64,000 bases of DNA from Lama guanicoe. Its lineage: Eukaryota. This document shows, in pieces, positions 24,001-48,139 of the stretch. The translations under genes and the position numbers were made by a program. Within the stretch, counting starts at the first letter, position 1. Every line of letters begins with the position of its first letter. Location: assembly GCA_013239625.1 (NCBI GenBank), contig MU053588.1:2428508-2492507 (forward strand), given 5' to 3'. The notes below the pieces were generated by a model. It ran no database searches. It saw nothing but the letters and a program-made list of their open reading frames with translations, and was not told where the DNA came from.

Positions 24001-25990
24001 AACATAAGTAGCCCAGCACACATTCAGGGACACACACACCCCGGCCCCAAACAGCCACACAGCTATAGATACACACTCATATAGACCATGACACAGATAA
24101 CGAGTACCCAGAGTCACCCAGGGTCACAGACATGCAGGTCACACACAGACATGGAAGCCAGAGTCACATACACCCACCCCCAGAAACACACACAATTACC
24201 TGGTGCCACCACACATAGACACCTACAGCTTGAGTCACACGCAACGAAATAACCCACTATTAATAGTCCGTTGGGGTTTCAGACCCCAAGTCAAATACGA
24301 AACCCAAATCACACATACACAACTATAAATGCATACAGTCACTCAGGATTAACACACAGAGCTAGATGCAATCATTTACACAACCCTGGTCACACAGAGA
24401 TGTGGCTGTGAACACACAAACACAAACATACAAGTCAGAGTGCCAGCACACAACCTGTCACGTAAGCACAACGTAACTTCATATACAGTGGCAGTCATAC
24501 ACTCAGAGTTGCCAGCACAGTTGTGTGTCCCACAAACACGTGTGTGACACACACATAAAATCAGTTATAGACACAACCACAAACATTTGAAGTCATTAGG
24601 ACAGTCGCACATAGACATAGAGTCATAGACACAACTCCACTTACAGTCACAACTCCACTCACATCTTCAGTCAGCCACACACATGCCCAACCCCAGACTC
24701 AACAGATAACACTGTCACATACCTACTTATAGTTACTAAGACACATACATGGGTTCACAAAACACATAATCACAGACACAACCACACAGCCACAGCCATG
24801 CCCACATGCAAACACAGACAGACTAAAAAGTATAGGGTTCTGCACAGTGAGGAGCTATCATATGCACATACACAGTCACACAAATGCTGGGGTCACACAC
24901 AATCACAGACACTATCAGACACAACCACAAGCACGAAACACATACAAGATTCCTCATAGTCACCAACTACAGCTCACACACATACACACACAGGCAGTCA
25001 CAGTCACAAAAACACAGGGTCACACTCTTAGCCACCTCCCCATCGCTTGCTTTCCCCTTCCCCCCAGGTAGAACACACAAAGCCGCCGACACCGCAGACG
25101 CTGCGGACAGACAGGGCTGCACCGGGTCCCTGGGGAGCCGCCCCCTGGCCCAGCCTGAATCCTAAAGCCTGGGGGGCCAGAACCAGGAGGGGAAGGCGGC
25201 GCATTGTCTGCGGGTGGGGCCCCTCCCAGACAGCTGGGAAGCCCCAGGGACAAAGCGGGTGGCCCAGGAGACCCGTGCCCTGGGACCCTTGACTAAGCCC
25301 TTGATGGGGGTTGCCTGAAATTTCCTTTATTTTATTTAGGCTTGATGGGGCGGAGGCGGGGAGTCCCAGGCACAGAGAGCTTGTTTTGAGAAGGGGCTGT
25401 TCCTGGGACGCCGCCCAACGATTGGGGGGGATGCTATGCCCAGGACGCCTCTGAGGCTTGGGGACAGACTGCCTGGAATCTCCCAGGCCTTGGCTTGGTG
25501 GGGAAACTGCCCAGGGACCCCATCCTCAAGACTTTGCCTAGAGAGGGTTGTTGTGCTCAGAGACCTCCTTTCCTCAGGCAGGGAGGGGAAGGACTGCGTT
25601 TCGTCTGGAATCCCCTCCTGGAGGCCTTGTCTTGAAATAGGGGTTGTGTCCCAGACCCCAGCCCCAAAACCCTGCCTAGGGAGTTATACCTAGAATCTGT
25701 TCCCCTGTCCTTGATTTTTTTTGAGGGGGAGGTCTGAGTCTGGGATCTCTGTCTCCACGGCCTTGGCAGGAGAGGGCCTGTGCCTGAGACCCCTGTCTCC
25801 CAAGATTTGGCTTGGTCGGGAGCCTGTTCCTGGACCCCCACCCAGGACCACCCTCCCCAGCCTTGGCACCCTCTCTTCAGCCGGGCGCCACGGCCGCCTC
25901 CCACCCTACGCCACATCAGCAGCGGCGCCGCCCCCCACTCGAGCCCCCCTCTCCCGCCCTTCTCACGCTGGCCGTCGCGCTGCGGGACAT
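5448..25990 (-). CDS. NUMBL: Numb-like endocytic adaptor, full spliced CDS: join(25967-25990,22337-22421,19752-19891,18666-18740,18503-18577,17347-17487,13723-13912,10026-10331,7242-7364,5448-6097), 1809 nt, 602 aa
   Basis: Exons translate to MSRSATAS..., a PTB domain ([12 protein letters not shown]...[21 protein letters not shown]), the NumbF region ([18 protein letters not shown]), polyQ and C-terminal DPF/NPF motifs ending TFEIEL*. All introns are GT-AG with consistent phases. Confidence 0.97.
5931..5978 (-). repeat. (CAG)15 CAA coding repeat, Q16 tract of NUMBL
   Basis: ttg followed by (ctg)15 on the plus strand. Confidence 0.97.
6580..7135. repeat. Degenerate ~18-bp tandem repeat (ATGACCCATGGTTCTAAG-like) in NUMBL intron 9
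   Basis: More than 10 imperfect copies, interrupted by a SINE. Confidence 0.75.
6921..7063 (-). mobile_element. tRNA-Ala-derived SINE (vic-1-like) with 14-bp TSD
   Basis: tRNA-like body, AT tail; TSD atcccatagctctt at 6907-6920 and 7064-7077. Confidence 0.88.
7242..7364 (-). CDS. NUMBL: NUMBL exon 9 ([26 protein letters not shown]...PPPASG)
   Basis: 123 nt, TAG/GTAAAC. Confidence 0.94.
8860..9990. repeat. Degenerate ~55-bp minisatellite in NUMBL intron 8
   Basis: Recurrent ctctcct..tgg-cagaca-..gctaatc-atcat; cagac anchors at 9752, 9809, 9866, 9920, 9975. Confidence 0.8.
10026..10331 (-). CDS. NUMBL: NUMBL exon 8 (AEAAAAP...RQGSFRGF...[27 protein letters not shown])
   Basis: 306 nt, tandem CAGCAG acceptor, GTGAGC donor. 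Confidence 0.96.
12271..12667 (+). mobile_element. 5'-truncated L1 fragment (end of ORF2 and 3' UTR) with TSD
   Basis: aatagccaagacatgg..caacctaa..aatgaatggataaagaa..cagccataaaaaaga..atactaagtgaagt; TSD aagag(t/g)aagttgca. Confidence 0.85.
13274..13297. repeat. (CA)12 microsatellite
   Basis: Pure CA run. Confidence 0.9.
13723..13912 (-). CDS. NUMBL: NUMBL exon 7 ([22 protein letters not shown]...PDKKK)
   Basis: 190 nt, CAG/GTGGGT, CpG-rich. Confidence 0.96.
14085..15350 (+). mobile_element. Old L1 (L1M-type) 3' fragment
   Basis: L1 ORF2-end/3' UTR motifs such as aaaaccataatgagataccacttcacacc, gaaaccctcatacactgctagtgggaatgtaaaatgg and catggatgaa. Confidence 0.85.
14689..14852 (+). mobile_element. 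tRNA-Ala-derived SINE (vic-1-like) nested in L1
   Basis: A/B boxes, (AAAC)n tail; TSD aaacaggtattca at 14676-14688 and 14853-14865. Confidence 0.9.
17347..17487 (-). CDS. NUMBL: NUMBL exon 6 ([17 protein letters not shown]...FLALKDS), PTB domain
   Basis: 141 nt, CAG/GTGAGT. Confidence 0.97.
18503..18577 (-). CDS. NUMBL: NUMBL exon 5 ([25 protein letters not shown]), PTB domain
   Basis: 75 nt, CAG/GTAGGA; preceded by an 88-nt intron. Confidence 0.96.
18666..18740 (-). CDS. NUMBL: NUMBL exon 4 ([25 protein letters not shown]), PTB domain
   Basis: 75 nt, AAG acceptor, GTGAGT donor. Confidence 0.96.
19752..19891 (-). CDS. NUMBL: NUMBL exon 3 ([17 protein letters not shown]...CSFQVR)
   Basis: 140 nt, CAG/GTGAGT boundaries. 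Confidence 0.96.
21385..21862 (-). mobile_element. L1 3' end fragment
   Basis: PolyT, then reverse complement of L1 3' UTR/ORF2 end ([26 protein letters not shown] translation). Confidence 0.88.
22337..22421 (-). CDS. NUMBL: NUMBL exon 2 ([28 protein letters not shown])
   Basis: CAG acceptor, GTGAGT donor, 85 nt; resembles the human NUMBL N-terminus. Confidence 0.9.
25967..25990 (-). CDS. NUMBL: NUMBL coding exon 1 (MSRSATAS)
   Basis: ATG at 25990 inside a CpG island; 24 nt; donor GTGAGA. Confidence 0.9.
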
Positions 25991-26047
25991 CCAGGGCCCA
26001 GGCGCCCCCGCCTCCCGCGGCCCCGGCTGGGCCCGGATCCCCGAGTG

Positions 26048-26081
26048 CTGCTGCTGCTGCTGCTGCTGTGGCGGCGGCGGC
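26048..26081 (-). repeat. (GCC)4-(CAG)7 compound trinucleotide repeat upstream of the NUMBL ATG
   Basis: (ctg)7 at 26048-26068 followed by (ggc)4 on the plus strand. Confidence 0.9.
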
Positions 26082-27081
26082 AGCTCGGTCTGACGCGGGC
26101 CGGGGCCGGGGGCCGGGGGATGGTGCGGGATGCACGCGCGCTAGCCTGCTCCACTCCCGGGAGGATTCTGTTCCAGGGGCGGGGGAGCGCCCCTCCCACC
26201 TCTGCTCCCCGCCCCAGCCCCGCCCATTGGCCCGCCGCCTACTGGATATGCAAAGAGACCCCACCTCTTGCCTAGCAGGCCACGCCTGCAGGCAAATATG
26301 ACCCCACCTTCCCGGTGTGGCCACCACCCCGCCACGCCCATTGGCCAGTCCTGGGGCTGAGCACGCACGTGAACCGCGCTGACACCTTCCCCCAGGGCCA
26401 TCCCGGAGTGGGGTCCCTTCCCCTGTGACCCCTGACCTCAGATCCTTTTATGTTCCGCGTCCGAAAGATTTGCTTCTGGAGGCGCCTCTCTGTCCCACAT
26501 CCCCAAACCTTCCAGCTAACCCCACGGTTCTCCCAGCCCAGCGGGGGCGGGCAGAAGCGGTGACGAGGCATTTTTTCCAAGGAAGGGGAGGGGGAGTGAA
26601 CAGACCCCAGTGTCCTGGTGCGAGATCGGTTTAGCTTTGGGGCCGTGGGCACCAGGCTGGGTCCGGGCGCGGTTCGGTCCACAGAAGCGCCCCCGCTCCC
26701 GCCCGATCCTGTGGGTTTGGCATAGCAGCTGGCAGTGGCATTAAGGCCCATTAGCAAAAGCGTGGTTGCTGGGAGCCAAGGCAGGGGGAAGGGTAGCCAG
26801 GAGGCTGGGAAGTGGTGTGTAAGTGTTTTGGGGGGGGAGGCCTACTCAGCTGCCGCAGCCTTCAGAGCAGGTGGTCAGCACGTGCGGGACGGGTGGGGTG
26901 GGGGTGGGTATGGAAAGGGGAGAAGGAGGTTCCCGGCAACAGATGGCCCAGGCAGGACTGGGGCTTTCAGACAAGAGGGTGGGTGGAGGCTGGCCATCTG
27001 CACCTGGAGGCTGCCTGCGAACTCCTCCTCCGTCCCCCCACCCCAGTGTAGAGAAAAGAGCTGGGGAAGGGGAGGGTCACT

Positions 27082-27087
27082 TTTATT
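27082..27087 (-). terminator. Probable COQ8B polyadenylation signal AATAAA
   Basis: tttatt on the plus strand about 520 nt downstream of the stop. Confidence 0.7.
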
Positions 27088-27603
27088 AGGACTGAAGTTT
27101 CAAACACTGCTCCTCTCAACCCCACCCCAACACACAGGGTGGAACTGGGGAGAAGGCAGCTGGTGGAGGGGTGAGGGAGGCAAAGGTGAGGGCTGCCTCC
27201 ACCAACCACCATCCCTCCCCTTTCACTGGCCACATCTGTGGGAGACCCGAGGCAGGGGTGAGGGGCTTCTCTTGAGGAGTCTGGCTGTCTATGATGGTGT
27301 GCACAGGGGCCTAAGGCTCTCTCAATTGTTGGCAGAAATAAATTACTACCTGGGTAGAGTTTCTGGATCCCCACTTTGGAGTGGGGAGAGCAGGATATGG
27401 GGGTATGAAGCTGGGAGTTCCCTAGTCCCAGGGTTCCCTTGAGCAAGACTGGAAAGCCCAAGGTGGGTCCCCAGACCTGAAGTTGAGTGGGAAGAAGGCC
27501 TCATAGCCAGAGATGGCCTGCTATGGGGCCAGAATCCCGAGATGCAGGCTCTTTGAGGGGTCTGAGCAGATGTCCCCTCTGGTCTGGAGGCTTTGGGCAG
27601 TGG

Positions 27604-43250
<15,647 letters not shown>

Positions 43251-43659
43251 TGTCTGGCGATGAGGAGAGATTATTTGGACAGGAGTTGTGGGACTGACCT
43301 CCCTGCTTTGCCCCTCTTTTCGAAGCCCGTGTCCACCCTGAGAATTCTACCAACCAAAGACTTTCTCCCCTGTTAATAGGCCCTCCAGTTTCTCCTCGTT
43401 CCCTCTCTCGTTGCTAGGAACCCATAGCTCTTCCGCACACCTCCCCAAACCACTTTCCCCTGTCCCACTTCCCTCCGCCGTTGCTAGGGTCCTCTCCCGT
43501 TGCTAGACACCCACAGATCCTCCAGGGCTACCCCTCCACTCCGCTGAGCACCCCCTCGTTGCTAGGCACCGCCTTCCCCTCGTTGCTAGGCACCCACAAT
43601 TCCTTTTGTGCCCCCCCCCTTCCATCCCGCTACGGGCCACCTCCCCCTGTTGCTAAGCA

Positions 43660-43990
43660 CCCACGGCTCTCCGGCTCTGGGTCAGCCACGACCGGGGGCC
43701 TCCTGCGCTTCCGGGAGCCTCCATACGCCCGCCCCCTCCGGTCAGATAGCCAATGGCGGAGGAGCAGCTCGCTGACTGACACAGAATACGCCCCGCTGTG
43801 CGTGAGGGGGCGGGACCTAACGGTGGGCTAGGGCACTACCGAAGCACACACGTGCCATTTTATGCCCTTCCACTTACCTCAAAGTTCCTTGTATGCGGCG
43901 GACCTTTCCGTTTCCTACACGTCGTTTTTTGCAAATATCCCTCTCCCTTACAAACTCCACACCCCTCTTTTGCGCGAACATTTTGTGAAC
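43660..43990 (-). promoter_or_regulatory. CpG-rich COQ8B proximal promoter; candidate non-coding first exon ending at 43878
   Basis: CpG cluster, CCAAT near 43750, GC box near 43806, consensus minus-strand donor GAG|GTAAGT at 43872-43880; 625 nt upstream of the first coding exon, which starts with a splice acceptor. Confidence 0.55.
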
Positions 43991-45417
43991 CTCCCTTGTT
44001 TGTACCCCCAGTAGTCTCAACATCTCTCCTTTGAACACCCATTTTCCCAGGAAACATTTCCCTTCCACATGGAGCCCCTCTACTTTGCACACTCACCCTC
44101 TGCTTCAGTACCCACATCCTGGCACCCAACTTTCTCCCTTGTACGCATAACCCCCCCTGCCTTGCTCACCAACTGTTTCCCTCCGTGTGCATAAACCCCC
44201 TCACACTCAGCTCTTTGCACACTGGGCCCGTTCCCTCATACACCCTGCTCTCTCTGCTCCCCACCCACCTGCAGGATGCTGTGAGTGGGAGCCCTCTGTT
44301 TCCTGTCAGCCTGACATTTCCCAGAACACACTCAGCCAAGATTCCCAGTGCTGACTCAGGAGCCTTGGCATCCCAGGAAACCAGCTCGCAGCCCATTCTG
44401 AGTGTGTGTGTGTTATTGGTGGGGAAGGGAGGACAGGCTTAAAGCCTGCTCCCCCCACAGTAGGCTGACTCACCCCTCTTCTCACAGTCTGGAATAGAAG
44501 CAGCTGGCTGGGGCATCTCTCCCACTACTGGGAGAAGAAGGGATGTGACAAGCTCCTATAGAACCCCCTCCTCCAACCCTGACTAACCCTCTTTATTAGG
44601 AATCAGACCCCTCTGTCTCTGTCCCTGTGTTGTGTGACCTCAGAAGAACCTCATCCCTTTCTGGATCTCAGCTTCCCAGCCTGTATGATGCATTAGGGAA
44701 CACCCGTTATGACTTCTCATTGGTCTGTAAAGAGATGACTCATTTTGGAGCCCTGGGTCTGTGCCCAATGCCCCTTTCCAGGTGACTCAGTTTCAAGCCA
44801 GAAACCACCCCTGTACCCCTCCAGACATAAAGGTCTGACTCAGAAGCTAGGTGGCAGCTCACCCTTGGGGGCAAAATATATAAAAAGCACCTATGACAAT
44901 AACTAATTCTACCGGGCTGTGACTGATGGTACCAAGCCTGGCGCCACCTGTTTCACATGGGTGAGATCATATCAAACAGCCTGGTGGCTACAAGCAAAAG
45001 CTACAGGGTGGGAGAGCTCTGAGCCTCAGTGTTACCATTTGTGAAATGGGGCCATGGCATCCCCTCCTGCTCAGTGTTAGTGAGAGAGATTCAGTCAAAC
45101 AATGTCTATAAAGAGCTTGGCGCTGGGCGAGGACAGTACAAGAGCTCTATACGTGAGACAATTTTCTTATGGAAAACCCATTCTTTTAAAATTTCTATTA
45201 AGCACTTACCATATGCTATTCTAGGCACTAAGGACACAGCAAGAAACAATACAGGCAAATAAACTTTGCCCTCTTGGTGCTGGCTTCTGCTAAGGGGCAC
45301 AATAAACAAAATAAATAAGGATATGTAATAAGGTGTCACATGTTAAAGAGAAAAATAAACCAGGGAAGGGCAGGAAGAGGAGGGAAGACTGTATGTTCAA
45401 ATAGGATGGTCAGGACA

Positions 45418-45563
45418 GGGGAAGGGTATAGCTCAAGTGGTAGAGCACATGCTTAGCATGCACAAGTTCCTGGTTCAATCCCCAGTACCCCCTGTACAAA
45501 TAAATAAACAAACAAACAAACAAACAAACAAACCAACCGAATTACCTCCCCCCACCAAAATAA
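45418..45563 (+). mobile_element. tRNA-Ala-derived SINE (vic-1-like)
   Basis: Body plus (AAAC)n; TSD aaataggatg(g/a)tcagga. Confidence 0.88.
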
Positions 45564-46499
45564 AAATAGGATGATCAGGAAAGTCCAGGTTGAGATGTCA
45601 TTTGAATAAAGGCCTGAAGGAGGTGAGGGAAGACCTGAAGGAAGTGAGGAAAGGAGCTATTGAACTATCTAAGGGAAGGATGTTCCAAGCAGCGGGAACA
45701 ACCAGTGCAAAGTCCCTGTGGTGGAAGGGTCTCAGAAAAATAGCAAAAAGGCCAATGGGCAGAGTAAGTGAGGAGGGAAAGAAGGATTAGATGAGCCAGA
45801 TCAGGTAGACTATAGTGAGTTACGGTGAGGACTGGCTTTTCCCTGAGTGGGATGGGAACCACGGAGGGTTGTGAGCAGAGGCAGGACTGACTTACAGAAA
45901 GTATTCTTACTTCCGGCTCTTCCTCCAACACCCCCAGCCTCAACAGCAAGTTATATCGCTCAATAGAGACCAAAAGCCCAAATTTTGGTTCAAATTTACA
46001 CAATTTAGTTAGGTGATCTTTGACTCACTGCTTTGCCTTTCTGTGCCTCTGTTTCCCTGACAGTGCAACAGGGATAATGACTCCTATCTCACAAAATTTG
46101 AGGTGTAAAGTAGTAAGTATAACGCCTGGCACAAAGCAAGTGCACAAATGTAAACGTTGTTGTGAATAAATAAAAATCCCAATAGAAACTCTTTTTATAG
46201 ATGGGGAAACTGAGGCTCAGAGGTGACAGGTCTGTTGGGAATGGTCATTCCAGAAGTAAGGGTTGCAGCCAGCATTTGAAACCAGGTATCCTTGCTTCAG
46301 AGATTAAGAACATGGCTTTACCCCTCATTAAACCCCACTTGACCTTAGACACATTCATTCACTGCTCAGGACCTTAATTTCCCAGTTGGTACAAGTGATT
46401 GGCTCTTGTGGCACTGAACACATATTTTTTCAAAACAACAAAATAACATAATGTGTCCTCATTTTACAAGTGAGAAAACAGAGTCTAGGGCTGGGGCAG

Positions 46500-47014
46500 G
46501 GGGTTGGGAGCGGAAGTCACTCAATCAAGGTAAGAGGCGGGTCTCAAACCCACATAAGTGGAATTCCCAAGTATTTGAAAGTCTTTCCCCGGCGCTGCGT
46601 AAAGAATGGGCACGCTTCTAGACTCGTCGCCAGGGGTTAGAGAGAGACTGAAGTAGTCATTCGAGAGTGTAGGGAGGTTGGATTAGTTGCGGGGGTGGGG
46701 GGGGGGAGAGCACCACACAAACGCCCCAAACCCGACCTGGACGAGAGCACCAGGCGCTCGGAGCCCACCCCACCAACGGATGATAGGAGGGGCCAGGCAA
46801 GGCCCAGCCCCTTTACGTCACGTCCGGTGAGGCGGGGCTTCGGGGCTTTCCCCGGGAAAGGGGGGGGGAGTATCGGTTAACCCCTCCGTGGCTGGGCGGG
46901 CTGGAGCTCCCGGGCCGGAACCCGCGAGTCGTGTCTCCCCAGCCACACCCCTCGCGGGATTTAAAGGGACAGGAGGGGCCAGGTCCGGTCAAAGCCCGAG
47001 CCGAGGGTGCGGGC
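46500..47014. promoter_or_regulatory. ITPKC CpG-island promoter, head-to-head with COQ8B
   Basis: CpG island; ETS CGGAAGT at 46511, CRE-like TTACGTCA near 46813, GC box near 46828, kappaB-like GGGGCTTTCC at 46842-46851, TATA-like ATTTAAA near 46959. Confidence 0.75.
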
Positions 47015-48139
47015 ATGAGGCGCTGCCCGTGCCGGGGAAGCCTGAGCGAGGCGGAGGCCGGGGCGCTGCCGGGGGCGGCCCGCATGGGACTGGCGGCGCA
47101 GCGAGGGGGGCGGCGGCGGCAGCCCGGGCAGCAGCGCCCAGGGCCCGGCGCAGGGGGTCCAGTGGGGGGGCTGGAGGGGGGCGGGCCCCGGGTCGGGACC
47201 GAGGGATCCAATATCCACACCGAACCCGAGAGAGCCGGCCTTGGGCCTGAGTCGGGGACCGACGGACAGGCTGAGGTTGAAGCAGCTGGCCTCGGAGCGG
47301 AGACGGAGCGGCCCAGCCAAAAGACAGGCAGGTCCATCCTCCATACACTTCCAGAAAGGAGCACTCACTGTTCAGAGCTGGAGACAGCCGGTGCCTGGAC
47401 AGACACCGGGACAGATGGCTTTTGGGCTGATCCACACAGGTTCGACCTCCAGTCTCAGCCAGAAAGGGCTAACCTCTGGGCACAGCCAGGGGTTGATGGG
47501 CCCTGGACAGAGCTAGAAATACATGGGTCACAGACCCAGCCAGCGAGGGCCAAGCCCTGGGCTAACCTCTGGACCCACCAGAACAGGTCCAACGCCTGGA
47601 CTCAACCAGAGGGAGCCTCTCTCTCAACAGAGCCAAGTGCTGATGGCTCTTGGAAAGAATTGTACGCTGATGGCTCCAGGACAAAACAGGATACTGAAGA
47701 CCCCTGGACTGAGCTGCACAGTGATGGCTCCCAGATACCGCAGGATACTGAAACAGTCTGGAAACAGCCTGGCACCGATGGTTTCTCAACACAAGATACC
47801 GATGGCCTCTGGACACAGCCTGGCACTGATGGTCCCCAGACAGAGCCTGGGACAGACTGCCTTTTGGGGGAGAACAACCAAGATGGCCCATTAGAGGAAC
47901 AAGAACACGGGGAGTTGGTGACTCACCTGTACTCTCACCTGGAATGTAGCCCCCTAACCCCTGTGCCCCGCCTCATCATCACTCCTGAAACCCCTGAGCC
48001 TGAGGCTCAGCCGGTGGAACCCCCCTCCCAGATTGAGGTGGGCAGTGGTGGCTTCTCCTCTGCCTCCTCTTTCGACGAGTCTGAGGATGATGTGGTGGCC
48101 GGGGGCGGAGGTGCCAGCGACCCTGAGGACAGGTCTGGG
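47015..48139 (+). CDS. ITPKC: ITPKC exon 1, coding part (375 codons)
   Basis: ATG at 47015 within ORF 46931-48187; donor GGG|GTGAGT at 48140. Confidence 0.95.

Larger units (their letters stand above)
25880..26400 (-). promoter_or_regulatory. NUMBL CpG-island promoter and 5' UTR
   Basis: High CpG density; CCAAT boxes (attgg at 26226-26230 and 26340-26344), GC boxes at 26207-26225, E-box CACGTG at 26366-26371, octamer-like ATGCAAAG at 26248. Confidence 0.8.

Noticed and set aside
25557..27461. Long ORFs (161-256 aa) around the NUMBL promoter
   Set aside because: Stop-poor CpG-island sequence, mostly non-ATG starts, no recognisable protein features
46931..47014. N-terminal extension of ITPKC suggested by the ORF track
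   Set aside because: Starts at GTG; the known protein begins MRRCPC at ATG 47015
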